A stretch of DNA of 52,566 nt from Patescibacteria group bacterium (GTDB lineage: Bacteria > Patescibacteriota > Minisyncoccia > UBA6257 > 02-FULL-45-10c), in assembly GCA_018969615.1 (NCBI GenBank), contig JAGWYA010000001.1, forward strand, positions 1-52,566, read 5' to 3'. Shown one piece after another: positions 8,619-17,099 of the stretch. Under the pieces are notes generated by a model that worked only from the letters and a program-made list of their open reading frames with translations, ran no database searches and was not told the origin of the DNA. Numbering within the stretch: the first letter of the stretch is position 1; every line of letters starts with the position of its first letter. Both the position numbers and the translations under genes were made by a program.

Positions 8619-9341
8619 ATGTTCAAACAACTCGACAAGAAATACGATCAGGGGCATGCGCATCTGTCCATTTATCCCGGCGTCGGCGGGGATGATGCGA
8701 AAGACTGGGCGAACATGCTTCTGAGCATGTATACGAAGTACGCGCAGAAGCGCGGCTGGAAAGTGGCGCTGATCGACGACCGCGCGATCGATATCCGGGG
8801 CGAGTATGCGTTCGGTACGCTGCGGAACGAAACCGGCGTGCACCGTCTGGTCCGCATTTCACCGTTCGATTCAAAAAAATTGAGGCACACCTCGTTCGCA
8901 CTTGTCGAGGTCCTTCCGGAACTGCCGGAGCTTGAAGCGCGGAACATGGTCATTCCTCCCGAGGACCTGAAAATGGAGCTTTCGCGCTCGAGCGGTCCCG
9001 GCGGGCAGAATGTGAACAAGCGCGAGACCGCGGTCAGGATCGTCCATCTTCCGACGGGTATCGCCGCGGCATCCCAAGCCGAACGCGGCCAGGCGCAGAA
9101 CCGGGAAAAGGCCCTCGCGCTCCTGAAGGCGAAATTGTTCACGGTCATGCAGCAGCGCCAGGAAAAAGAGCTGAAAAACCTTCGAACCCAGGTGAAGCCG
9201 GAATGGGGCCAGCAGATCCGTTCATACGTTCTGCATCCGTATCAGCAGGTCAAAGACCACCGGACGGGGGCGGTCAGCCATCAGCCGGACAAGGTTCTGA
9301 ACGGTGAACTTGATAAGTTCATTGATGCCGAGTTAAACTGA
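8619..9341 (+). CDS. prfB: Peptide chain release factor 2, lacking the N-terminal domain
   Basis: GVHRLVRISPFD (SPF), RHTSFA, GPGGQNVNK, WGQQIRSYV; upstream of ftsEX. Confidence 0.88.
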   Translation: MFKQLDKKYDQGHAHLSIYPGVGGDDAKDWANMLLSMYTKYAQKRGWKVALIDDRAIDIRGEYAFGTLRNETGVHRLVRISPFDSKKLRHTSFALVEVLPELPELEARNMVIPPEDLKMELSRSSGPGGQNVNKRETAVRIVHLPTGIAAASQAERGQAQNREKALALLKAKLFTVMQQRQEKELKNLRTQVKPEWGQQIRSYVLHPYQQVKDHRTGAVSHQPDKVLNGELDKFIDAELN

Positions 9342-9395
9342 TAGGGTAGTTTCGGGTGGTTCGCTCCGATCCTGTATCGGAGCTTCACATTCACT

Positions 9396-10079
9396 ATGAT
9401 CTCATTTCAAAATGTATCGAAGGTGTATAACGACCGATCGGTCGCACTGGAGAACATCAATTTTTCCGTAAAACCAAACGAATTCATTTCGTTAGTGGGC
9501 AGGAACGGAGCAGGGAAATCAACGATCATAAAATTATTGATCGGCGAAGACCGGCCGACCAAGGGGCGGATCGTTTTCGGTCCGTATGAAGTGAATAAGC
9601 TTTCGCCGAAGGACCTGTCCATGCTGCGCCGTCAGATCGGCATCGTCTTCCAGGATTTTCGCCTGCTTCCGATGAAGAACACGTACGAGAACATTGCCTT
9701 CGCGCTCGAAGTGGAGGGGCGTCCGCAATCCGAGATCAATCAGTATGTTCCGCAGGTATTGGATATGGTCGGGCTTTCCCATCGCGCGTATAACTTCCCG
9801 CATGAGCTTTCCGGCGGCGAAAAGCAGCGGGCGGCCATCGCACGGGCTATGATCCATCGCCCGGCGGTGATCGTAGCGGATGAGCCGACGGGCAATCTCG
9901 ATCCGATCAATACCGCTGAGATCCTGAAGCTTCTGCTGAAGATCAATGAGCTCGGCACGACCGTGATCCTCGTCACCCATAATAAAGATATCGTGAACAG
10001 CATTGAACGCCGCGTGATCAGCCTGGACAACGGGAAGATCATCCGCGACGAAGAGAAAGGAAAATATATTCTTGCCTAA
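9396..10079 (+). CDS. ftsE: Cell division ATP-binding protein FtsE
   Basis: Walker A GRNGAGKST, VFQDFRLL, LSGGEKQR; adjacent to ftsX. Confidence 0.93.
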   Translation: MISFQNVSKVYNDRSVALENINFSVKPNEFISLVGRNGAGKSTIIKLLIGEDRPTKGRIVFGPYEVNKLSPKDLSMLRRQIGIVFQDFRLLPMKNTYENIAFALEVEGRPQSEINQYVPQVLDMVGLSHRAYNFPHELSGGEKQRAAIARAMIHRPAVIVADEPTGNLDPINTAEILKLLLKINELGTTVILVTHNKDIVNSIERRVISLDNGKIIRDEEKGKYILA

Positions 10080-10088
10080 TACCAATCT

Positions 10089-10997
10089 ATGATCACCACG
10101 CTGTACCGCATCATCAAATACGGAGTTCAGGGATTCGTCCGGAACGGATGGCAGATATTGCCGACGCTTTCGGTCATGACGCTGACCCTGTTCGTGTTCC
10201 TGAACCTGATGCTTTTTAACGTATTGACGGGGAACGCCCTGTCCCTGTTGCGCGATAAGATCGATATCAGCGTGTATTTCCAGAATACGACCCAGGAATC
10301 TGACATTTTAAAATTGAAACAATCGCTTGAGAGCCTGGCGGAAGTAAAGAGCGTCGAATATATCTCCCAAGGAGAGGCCCTTGCGAACTTCCAGACGCGC
10401 CATCAGAACGATCCGACGATCACGCAGGCGCTGAATGTGCTTAATGATAACCCGCTTTCAGCTTCTTTGAATATCAAAGCGAACGATCCGAAAGACTATC
10501 CGATCATTGCGGCGTATTTGAACAATCCTTCGATCACGCCGTTGATCGATCAGGTGACCTATAATCAGAATCAGACGGTGATCGATAAGCTCGCTTCAAT
10601 GGTGGACACGGCCCAGAAGGCGGGTCTGGCGCTGACGATCATTCTTTCCATTATCGCGGTCCTCGTCACGCTGAACACGATCATTCTGACGATCTATTCG
10701 ACCCGCGATGAGATCGGCGTCATGCGCCTGGTGGGCGCCGGAAATAAGTTCATCCGCGGCCCGTATATTGTGCAGGGGATCCTCTATGGCATTCTTGCCG
10801 CAGTTGCGAGCCTTATCATCGCCGCTCCGCTTGTCTATGCCGCAGGGCCGTATGTCTCCGTGCTGATGCCCGAGCTCGACCTTGTCGCGTATTTTATGGC
10901 GAACCTCGCATCGCTTTTCGCCTATCAGATCCTGTTCGGCGTCGTGCTGGGAACCGTTTCCAGCGTGATCGCGGTGAGCCGGTATCTGACCATTTAG
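10089..10997 (+). CDS. ftsX: Cell division permease FtsX
   Basis: 4-TM layout, NPLSASL, EIGVMRLVGA, FIRGPY. Confidence 0.92.
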   Translation: MITTLYRIIKYGVQGFVRNGWQILPTLSVMTLTLFVFLNLMLFNVLTGNALSLLRDKIDISVYFQNTTQESDILKLKQSLESLAEVKSVEYISQGEALANFQTRHQNDPTITQALNVLNDNPLSASLNIKANDPKDYPIIAAYLNNPSITPLIDQVTYNQNQTVIDKLASMVDTAQKAGLALTIILSIIAVLVTLNTIILTIYSTRDEIGVMRLVGAGNKFIRGPYIVQGILYGILAAVASLIIAAPLVYAAGPYVSVLMPELDLVAYFMANLASLFAYQILFGVVLGTVSSVIAVSRYLTI

Positions 10998-11015
10998 CGA
11001 GTTTTTCCGAAGATG

Positions 11016-11050
11016 AAAAAGACCCCGTAATGAACGGGGCCTTTTTCTTT
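11016..11050. terminator. Bidirectional terminator
   Basis: AAAAAGACCCCGT-AATGA-ACGGGGCCTTTTT. Confidence 0.65.
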
Positions 11051-11067
11051 GAGATGCGGAGATCCGG

Positions 11068-11172
11068 CTAGCGCCCTGCTCCGAAGATAAAGAGCATGCC
11101 GCTTCCGAGCATGCCGATCGTGACGATAAGGATGATGATGATCGTCATGATCTGAGAGAATCGTTTGTTCAT
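11068..11172 (-). CDS. 34-aa single-TM small protein (MNKRFSQIMTIIIILIVTIGMLGSGMLFIFGAGR)
   Basis: Not in the ORF track; ATG 15 nt after the protease stop, ends before a terminator. Confidence 0.65.
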   Translation of the reverse strand: MNKRFSQIMTIIIILIVTIGMLGSGMLFIFGAGR

Positions 11173-11187
11173 AAATATCACTATACG

Positions 11188-12162
11188 CTAGTGCGTTGGA
11201 AAAATAAACTGCGCGCTGAGGACGCGGGCAAGCGATTCCAAGCTGCCGACATCGGCGAAGGTCGGGATGCCGAGGTAGCAGTCCTTTTGCAATGCGATCG
11301 CGGCTCCTCCTGAATTCCCGCGTTCAACTTTTGCCGAAGTAATGAAGAAGTCCGAGTCGTAGCCGGAGATGATGCCTTCAGTGGCGGTGATGTCGTTCCG
11401 TGTTCCGATGCCGGGATAGCCGATGATCACAATGTTCGTTCCGATCGGCGGCGTGGTCGCGCAGACAGAGAACTTTTGCGCGGCAAGGGTGACGAGATGC
11501 TGATCGGTATTGGAAAGATCGAGCCGCGCCCAGTCATATCCTGCCGATGACCGGGAGATCTGGGAGACATTGACTGTCGTGGTCGCCGGATCATCCGGAA
11601 CATGAACGCGGCAGCCGGAGGTGGGGACGCCTGACGGGTCAACGACCAGGTGCGCGCTGGTCACGACCGCGGGGTTGCCGTTCGTCTGCTGTGTTATGAC
11701 GCCGGACCCGCTTTCGGTCTGATAAACAGCTCCGGTATTATCCGTCCAATCGCACTCCACATAAGCGATCCGCGGCCGCCATTCGGCAACGATGGCGGAA
11801 GTGTCATAGGTCTTTGCCGCGGCTGCGCTCAGAGCCGAAAGCTGCTGCTGGGTCTGCGTCGCATTCGCCTGCTGTTGCGCCTGGGTCTGGTCGAGCTTTT
11901 GGGTCAAGGTTGTCACTTCTTGGGTGGCGGTATTTTGCTGGACGCCGAGCTCTTTGCGCAGGGATGTGACATTGTCCTGCAGGACCTGGATCTGACGCTG
12001 CTGGATGCTTACCTGGGTCTGATTTTGCTCGCTTTGGCGGATCACATCCAGTTTTGAGAAAAGATACAGCGATGCGCCGAAAATGATCACTGAAACGAGA
12101 ATGATCACGTTAAAAACGACGAGCGTACTGAGGGTCAATTCTCCTCCTTTGAGAAAACGCAT
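11188..12162 (-). CDS. Membrane-anchored coiled-coil trypsin-like serine protease
   Basis: TSAHLV, YDWA, GNSGG catalytic motifs; start at MRFLKGG preceded by TGCTATACT. Confidence 0.85.
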   Translation of the reverse strand: MRFLKGGELTLSTLVVFNVIILVSVIIFGASLYLFSKLDVIRQSEQNQTQVSIQQRQIQVLQDNVTSLRKELGVQQNTATQEVTTLTQKLDQTQAQQQANATQTQQQLSALSAAAAKTYDTSAIVAEWRPRIAYVECDWTDNTGAVYQTESGSGVITQQTNGNPAVVTSAHLVVDPSGVPTSGCRVHVPDDPATTTVNVSQISRSSAGYDWARLDLSNTDQHLVTLAAQKFSVCATTPPIGTNIVIIGYPGIGTRNDITATEGIISGYDSDFFITSAKVERGNSGGAAIALQKDCYLGIPTFADVGSLESLARVLSAQFIFPTH

Positions 12163-12215
12163 ATATTCAGTATAGCAAACATTCCACCCCTCTTTGTTCA
12201 TGGTATACTGTACAT

Positions 12216-13250
12216 ATGCCCGAATCGACGAAGGTACAGCATTATTTCTTTCTCGGCCTGCTGACGCTGGTTCTGGCGCTCAATGCGCTCATCTTTTTGC
12301 CGTATCTGGGTCCGATCGTTTTCGCTTTGATGCTTGCGGTCGTCTGTACGCCGTGGCACCGGAAGATCTCCGCAGTGATGCCCCGGCTTCCGAATATCTC
12401 GGCCTTGATCACGCTTATTCTGGTGGCGGTCATTATTTTCGTTCCGCTGACCTTTGTGGGAGTCCTGGTCGTACATCAGGCGCAGAGCGTCTATACCACG
12501 ATGGCGAACAGCACCAGCGGCGCGCAGTTCTTGACCAGTATCTCCGATGCCATCGCTCAGAACTTTCCCTCATCCCAATCCCATTCCGTCAGCGCCTTTT
12601 TGTATAATTTGAATGAGAACACGAAGCTGGTCCTTCAATATGCGCTCGGGAACGCCTCGCTGGTCTTTTCAAGCGCGGCGAACATCGTGCTGCAGATCCT
12701 GCTCGTGCTACTCGCCCTTTTCTTCTTTTTGCGGGATGGCGACCGATTAAAGAAGGTCGTGATCCATATCAGCCCGCTCCACAATGACGACGACGAGATC
12801 ATTTTGGACCACTTGGAGCGCGCGGTTGACTCTATCGTACGGGGTTCCGTGGTAATGGGTTTGCTCCAGGCGATCGTCGCCAGTATCGGCTTTTTGATCT
12901 TTGGTGTGCCGAACGTCGCTCTCTTAGGCGCATTGACCTTTTTCGCTGCATTTATACCGGGAATCGGCAGCGCCCTGGTTGTCGTCCCGGTCGCGCTCTA
13001 CCTGCTGTTATTGGTTTCGCCGGCGGCGGGGATCGGCATGTTCTTATGGGCGTTCCTGGTGGGGATCGTGGATAATTTTGTCCGTCCGAAGATCATTTCC
13101 CGCGGGACCGGGATCCATCCGCTTCTGGTCCTATTGTCCGTGTTCGGCGGTATCGGCCTCTTGGGTCCGTACGGCATTTTGATCGGCCCGCTGCTTCTTA
13201 GTTTCTTGTTCGCACTGACCGACCTCTATAAGCGGGGGATCGTTGAGTAG
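12216..13250 (+). CDS. AI-2E family transporter
   Basis: FFFLRDG, FIPGIG, DNFVRP, HPLLVLLSVFGG, GILIGP. Confidence 0.92.
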   Translation: MPESTKVQHYFFLGLLTLVLALNALIFLPYLGPIVFALMLAVVCTPWHRKISAVMPRLPNISALITLILVAVIIFVPLTFVGVLVVHQAQSVYTTMANSTSGAQFLTSISDAIAQNFPSSQSHSVSAFLYNLNENTKLVLQYALGNASLVFSSAANIVLQILLVLLALFFFLRDGDRLKKVVIHISPLHNDDDEIILDHLERAVDSIVRGSVVMGLLQAIVASIGFLIFGVPNVALLGALTFFAAFIPGIGSALVVVPVALYLLLLVSPAAGIGMFLWAFLVGIVDNFVRPKIISRGTGIHPLLVLLSVFGGIGLLGPYGILIGPLLLSFLFALTDLYKRGIVE

Positions 13251-13252
13251 CG

Positions 13253-13762
13253 TTAGTGAACGAACGCGTTTGCGAGCATGATCGCCAGCGCAGCGATCGC
13301 CGCCTGCATGGCGATGCCGCTGAGATGATAGGCATCGATATCGGTCTTTGAATGGATCCAGAGATGAAAACGCTGCAATGCGCGGAGGACGCGGTCTGGG
13401 AGTTTCCAGAAAACGAATTGAAGCGCATCAGGCACGACCGCGCCGAGCGCACCGGCAAGGATCGAGATAAGCGATGAATCGATCGCCGCCTGCGGGTGCA
13501 AAAAAACAACCGCAACGATGATGCCGAGCAGGCAGTCGACGCCGATATTGAAAAGATCGACAATGAACCACTTATTGATCAGCATGTCGTTCTTCATCGG
13601 ATCGTTCCGGTCGATCTTCGCCGAGAAGAGCGGATAGTGCCAGTGCGGGATCGCATCGGCGACGAAATGGCTTGCGAAGCCGAGCGTAAAAGCGAGTATC
13701 GGATCGTTCGGAAAGAACTTTCCTATGGCGCCTCCGATGATCGCATGAGTTGCAAGTATCAT
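13253..13762 (-). CDS. Membrane protein with His/Asp motifs (metal-dependent hydrolase-like)
   Basis: MILATHAIIG, SHFVADAIPH, PD, FHLWIH; start revised to 13762. Confidence 0.7.
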   Translation of the reverse strand: MILATHAIIGGAIGKFFPNDPILAFTLGFASHFVADAIPHWHYPLFSAKIDRNDPMKNDMLINKWFIVDLFNIGVDCLLGIIVAVVFLHPQAAIDSSLISILAGALGAVVPDALQFVFWKLPDRVLRALQRFHLWIHSKTDIDAYHLSGIAMQAAIAALAIMLANAFVH

Positions 13763-13840
13763 ATAGGGGAATAGAACCACTCTAACGAAGATGGAGTAAC
13801 AATGCAAAAGAACCCGTAGGGAATATGGTATACTGAAAAC

Positions 13841-14113
13841 ATGACTACTATGCTTATGTTCGCTCAGACGCTTTTTTATCTGACGGTCTCTTTGGCGATC
13901 ATCGGCCTCGGGATCCTGTTCGGCATGATCACGTATTATCTGATGAAGGTGGCGCGCGAGTTGAATCGGATCGCGAACAACGTCGGCGAAGCTTCCGACG
14001 ATCTCCGCGTCCAGCTTGAGGATATTCTGGAACAGCTCGCCTCGATCCCGTTCCTGTCCGCGTTCATCCGTCCCGCAGCTTTCCGGAAACATTCTAAGAA
14101 AGGTCGCGAATAG
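13841..14113 (+). CDS. Small TM/coiled-coil protein (DUF948-like)
   Basis: One TM helix plus amphipathic helix, upstream of a YtxH-like gene. Confidence 0.65.
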   Translation: MTTMLMFAQTLFYLTVSLAIIGLGILFGMITYYLMKVARELNRIANNVGEASDDLRVQLEDILEQLASIPFLSAFIRPAAFRKHSKKGRE

Positions 14114-14138
14114 TATAAATAACGATAGCTTACTTTAT

Positions 14139-14471
14139 ATGAAAAAAACAAAGAAAAAGAAAGATGGTATGCGCGTAGCGAAGGGGGCATTGGTAGGCGC
14201 GGCGCTGGGCGCTGCGGCGGGGTTATTGCTTGCGCCGGAATCCGGCGATCGGCTTCGCAAGGATATGACCAAGCACGCGGCGCGGCTGTATAAGCATGCG
14301 GCGCCGAAGCTGAAGAAACTCTCGGCAATGGGCGAGAAGGAATACAAGGATGTTATGCAAAAAGCGCTTGCCGCATACGGCAAAGCTCAGGAACTTTCCG
14401 GTCCGGAGCTGAAAACGCTCCAGAAACACGCCGAAGATACGTGGAATATCGTGAAGAAAAATCTTCAATAG
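14139..14471 (+). CDS. YtxH domain protein
   Basis: GALVGAALGAAAGLLLAPESGDRLR. Confidence 0.85.
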   Translation: MKKTKKKKDGMRVAKGALVGAALGAAAGLLLAPESGDRLRKDMTKHAARLYKHAAPKLKKLSAMGEKEYKDVMQKALAAYGKAQELSGPELKTLQKHAEDTWNIVKKNLQ

Positions 14472-14497
14472 AAAACAGCCCCTTTGGGGCTGTTTTT
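14472..14497. terminator. Bidirectional terminator
   Basis: AAAACAGCCCC-TTT-GGGGCTGTTTT. Confidence 0.75.
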
Positions 14498-14501
14498 GTT
14501 T

Positions 14502-14654
14502 TTAAGAATGGAACGATCCTTTACGGGTGATCCCGTACAGGATCAGCATCGCGCCGAGCATCATCAGCAGGCAGATCGCGCTGTGCGTGACTGCGACGAC
14601 GATCCCGCCGCCGATCACCGCTGCGGCCATCCACGCCTTATCGTTTTTGGACAT
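14502..14654 (-). CDS. 50-aa hydrophobic small protein (MSKNDKAWMAAAVIGGG...)
   Basis: Not in the ORF track; GAGGAGG Shine-Dalgarno 5 nt upstream; two hydrophobic segments. Confidence 0.65.
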   Translation of the reverse strand: MSKNDKAWMAAAVIGGGIVVAVTHSAICLLMMLGAMLILYGITRKGSFHS

Positions 14655-14780
14655 ACGGCCTCCTCGAGGGTTCTGTTGTCAGTAAACCACGGCGCTTATC
14701 TGAATACAATATCCCATTGTTTTCCGGCTCTTTTTTCGCTAAAATGGCTTCAGTACATTTCCAGCCGCAGAGGAGGAGGG

Positions 14781-15071
14781 ATGAGCCCATTACGCTCCTG
14801 GGCGAGGATCATGATCCGCGCATGTCCGAAGAAGCCGATCGATCCGTGTGATCGACGGCGCCGGATCTCCCGATGGACCGCATGGACCACCAGCTGCTTC
14901 ATCTCGTTATCGATCGACGGCGCCTATTTCACGCTCGACAAGGCATTGCCTGAATATAAAGCCGCATGGGCGATCCTTTTCCTAACCGTCGGCTTTCTCA
15001 TGTATTGGGTGTTTTTCAAACGATTCTGGGGCGTTCTGCGTTATAAAAAGCGGATCAAAACCCGCCGTTGA
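14781..15071 (+). CDS. 96-aa 2-TM basic hypothetical protein
   Basis: GGAGGAGG SD before ATG 14781; hairpin terminator overlaps its end. Confidence 0.6.
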   Translation: MSPLRSWARIMIRACPKKPIDPCDRRRRISRWTAWTTSCFISLSIDGAYFTLDKALPEYKAAWAILFLTVGFLMYWVFFKRFWGVLRYKKRIKTRR

Positions 15072-15124
15072 TCGGCGGGTTTTTTATCCCCGAGTATGGG
15101 ATAATAGAAAGGAGGGATACGCTT

Positions 15125-15946
15125 ATGAAACCGGAGACGAAGATCATCCATCACCGCCATCACAGCGGCATCAGTTACGGCAGTACGCGCGGACAGCGGT
15201 TCTATTCCGCGTTTGTCATGCCGCTTGTTTTGTTCGGGGTTCTGTTTCTGGCGCTGAACTATTTTTCCAAGACGACCCTGAATGTCACCACGCTGACGTT
15301 CGCGAAGTTGTCGCTCGCGCTGGGCGCGACGTTCCTGCGCCTGTCGGTGGCGTATATTTTTTCGCTTGCCGCGGCGTTCTTTCTGGTGTTCCTTATTTAT
15401 TACAGTCCCCGGGCGGAAGAGATCCTGTTGCCGCTGTACGATATTACTGAATCCGTCCCGACGCTGGCTTTTTTCCCGGTCATTATTCTGCTGTTCATTC
15501 GATTTGGTTTTTTCAACGGAGCGGCGATCTTCATTTTGTTTTTAAGCATGCTGTGGAACATTGTTTTCAGCCTGGTCGGCGGGCTCAGTACGATCCCCGC
15601 GGACCTGAAGTCCGCGGCTGAAGTCTTCGGCATCCGCGGGTGGATGTTCGTTAAAAAGGTGCTGTTGCCGGCGCTGGTCCCGCAACTGGTGACCGGGTCG
15701 CTGCTTGCATGGGCGCAGGGATGGAACATCATCATCGTGGCCGAGGTCTTGCATACGTATATTCCTGGCGGAACGCCCGCGCAGGACGTCTTTGGCATCG
15801 GCAGCGCCCTGGTGAACGCCTCCGCCTCAGGACAGAGTAACGTATTTTTTGTCGCCATCCTGCTGATGATCCTCGCCATCGCCTTGCTCAACTTCCTGGT
15901 CTGGCAAAAACTTCTTCAATATGCCGAACGGTACAAATTCGATTAA
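15125..15946 (+). CDS. NitT/TauT-type ABC transporter permease
   Basis: ESVPTLAFFP, EAA-like loop, GWNIIIVAE. Confidence 0.88.
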   Translation: MKPETKIIHHRHHSGISYGSTRGQRFYSAFVMPLVLFGVLFLALNYFSKTTLNVTTLTFAKLSLALGATFLRLSVAYIFSLAAAFFLVFLIYYSPRAEEILLPLYDITESVPTLAFFPVIILLFIRFGFFNGAAIFILFLSMLWNIVFSLVGGLSTIPADLKSAAEVFGIRGWMFVKKVLLPALVPQLVTGSLLAWAQGWNIIIVAEVLHTYIPGGTPAQDVFGIGSALVNASASGQSNVFFVAILLMILAIALLNFLVWQKLLQYAERYKFD

Positions 15947-16652
15947 AAATATCATCGTTTTCGACCATGTCGGCAAGGTGTTCGAGCCGGCCGGCGACGT
16001 GGCGCTCCGCGACGTCAGTTTTTCCGTGCGGCAAGGGGAGTTAGTGTCGCTGATCGGCGGCTCCGGCTGCGGGAAGTCGACAGTGCTGAAGATCATCGCC
16101 GGGCTCACCGAACCGTCCTCGGGCAGCGTGACGAAACCCGGCAAGGTTTCCATGGTGTTCCAGGCGGGCGCGCTGTTCCCGTGGCTGAGCGTGCTGGATA
16201 ACGTCGCTATCGCGCTGGAGGCGAAGGGCGCGGCGAAGGAGCACGCCCGGAAGGAAAGTTTGAAATATCTCGAAATGGTCCGGCTTGGCGATTTCATCGG
16301 GAAGTTTCCGCGGGAGCTGTCCGGCGGCCAGCGCCAGCGCGTCGGCATCGCCCGGGCGTTGAGCGTTGATCCGGAAGTGCTGCTCCTCGACGAGCCGTTT
16401 GCCGCGCTGGATCAGAAGACCGTCGACGAAATGCACCAGGACCTGCTGCGGATCTGGAAGGAAACCGGGACGACTATTATTCTGGTGTCGCATCTGATCG
16501 CCGAAGCGGTTGCGCTGTCGGAGCGGGTACTGCTGATGAAAGCCGGGGTGATCGCGGGGGAATTTCCGATCACGATCCCGCGTCCGCGCCGGGAACAGGG
16601 GGCTGAGTTTTCGGCCGAGGTCATGAAGATTCGCCGGGAGTTCTTTAAATAG
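15921..16652 (+). CDS. NitT/TauT-type ABC transporter ATP-binding protein
   Basis: GGSGCGKST, LFPWLSV, LSGGQRQR, LDEPFAALD. Confidence 0.92.
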   Translation: MPNGTNSIKNIIVFDHVGKVFEPAGDVALRDVSFSVRQGELVSLIGGSGCGKSTVLKIIAGLTEPSSGSVTKPGKVSMVFQAGALFPWLSVLDNVAIALEAKGAAKEHARKESLKYLEMVRLGDFIGKFPRELSGGQRQRVGIARALSVDPEVLLLDEPFAALDQKTVDEMHQDLLRIWKETGTTIILVSHLIAEAVALSERVLLMKAGVIAGEFPITIPRPRREQGAEFSAEVMKIRREFFK

Positions 16653-16718
16653 ACCTTTGCTTTCAAGCCTCGTTTTGCTAGAGTAGGGAAGTATTTCATT
16701 GGGAGATCGTCTAACTTG

Positions 16719-17095
16719 CCCCGCCAAACTGTACGCAGTATGGAATGCTATTTATACATACTTAAAAATGATTGGAATAGGTACTATACTGGTATTACAG
16801 AATTGGCGCCGCAAAAGAGGTTAGTGAAGCATAATAGAGGTGATGTTTTTTCAACAAAATTTGGAAGGCCATGGCAGATCGTCTATGTTGAGAAACATGT
16901 TGATATGGCATCTGCGCGCAAGCGCGAGAAGCAGATCAAAAGTTGGCATGGCGGAGAAACTTTAAAAAGATTTCTAGGCAAAGCTGCGGGATCGTCTAAT
17001 GGTAGGACATCGGCCTTTGGAGCCGAGTATCTTGGTTCGAATCCAAGTCCCGCAGCTTTGCCCGGAAAGAAAGGATCTAAGTTTGGCGGGGTGAA
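16719..17095 (+). mobile_element. ~377-bp insertion in the tRNA-Gln D-loop bounded by inverted repeats
   Basis: CCCCGCCAAACT (16719-16730) / AGTTTGGCGGGG (17080-17091); exact ends uncertain by ~3 nt. Confidence 0.8.
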
Positions 17096-17099
17096 GTAG
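16740..17099 (+). CDS. GIY-YIG nuclease family protein (119 aa)
   Basis: YLYIL..YYTG, R..KHN, W.IVYVE, A.KREKQIKSW; ATG 16740. Confidence 0.9.
   Translation: MECYLYILKNDWNRYYTGITELAPQKRLVKHNRGDVFSTKFGRPWQIVYVEKHVDMASARKREKQIKSWHGGETLKRFLGKAAGSSNGRTSAFGAEYLGSNPSPAALPGKKGSKFGGVK
16985..17055 (+). tRNA. Intact tRNA-Gln(TTG) nested in the insertion and in the GIY-YIG reading frame
   Basis: TGCGGGA/TCCCGCA acceptor with G73, GTCT-AATGGTA-GGAC D arm, TCGGC-CTTTGGA-GCCGA, CTTGG-TTCGAAT-CCAAG. Confidence 0.93.

Noticed and set aside
8488-8724. 78-aa ORF as the frameshifted N-terminal part of prfB
   Set aside because: It reads through tRNA-Thr, does not resemble RF2 domain 1 and lacks the CTT-TGA slippery site.
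9363-9383. Hairpin GCTCCGAT-CCTGT-ATCGGAGC before ftsE as a riboswitch or ncRNA
   Set aside because: A single short hairpin with no recognisable aptamer; at most a REP-like or processing stem.
16719-17095. Group I intron or archaeal bulge-helix-bulge intron as the explanation for the tRNA-Gln insert
   Set aside because: The insert is almost entirely ORF plus tRNA with no room for a ribozyme core. U|...G| splice choices do not restore the D-loop GG, and the junction stem lacks canonical 3-nt bulges around a 4-bp helix.
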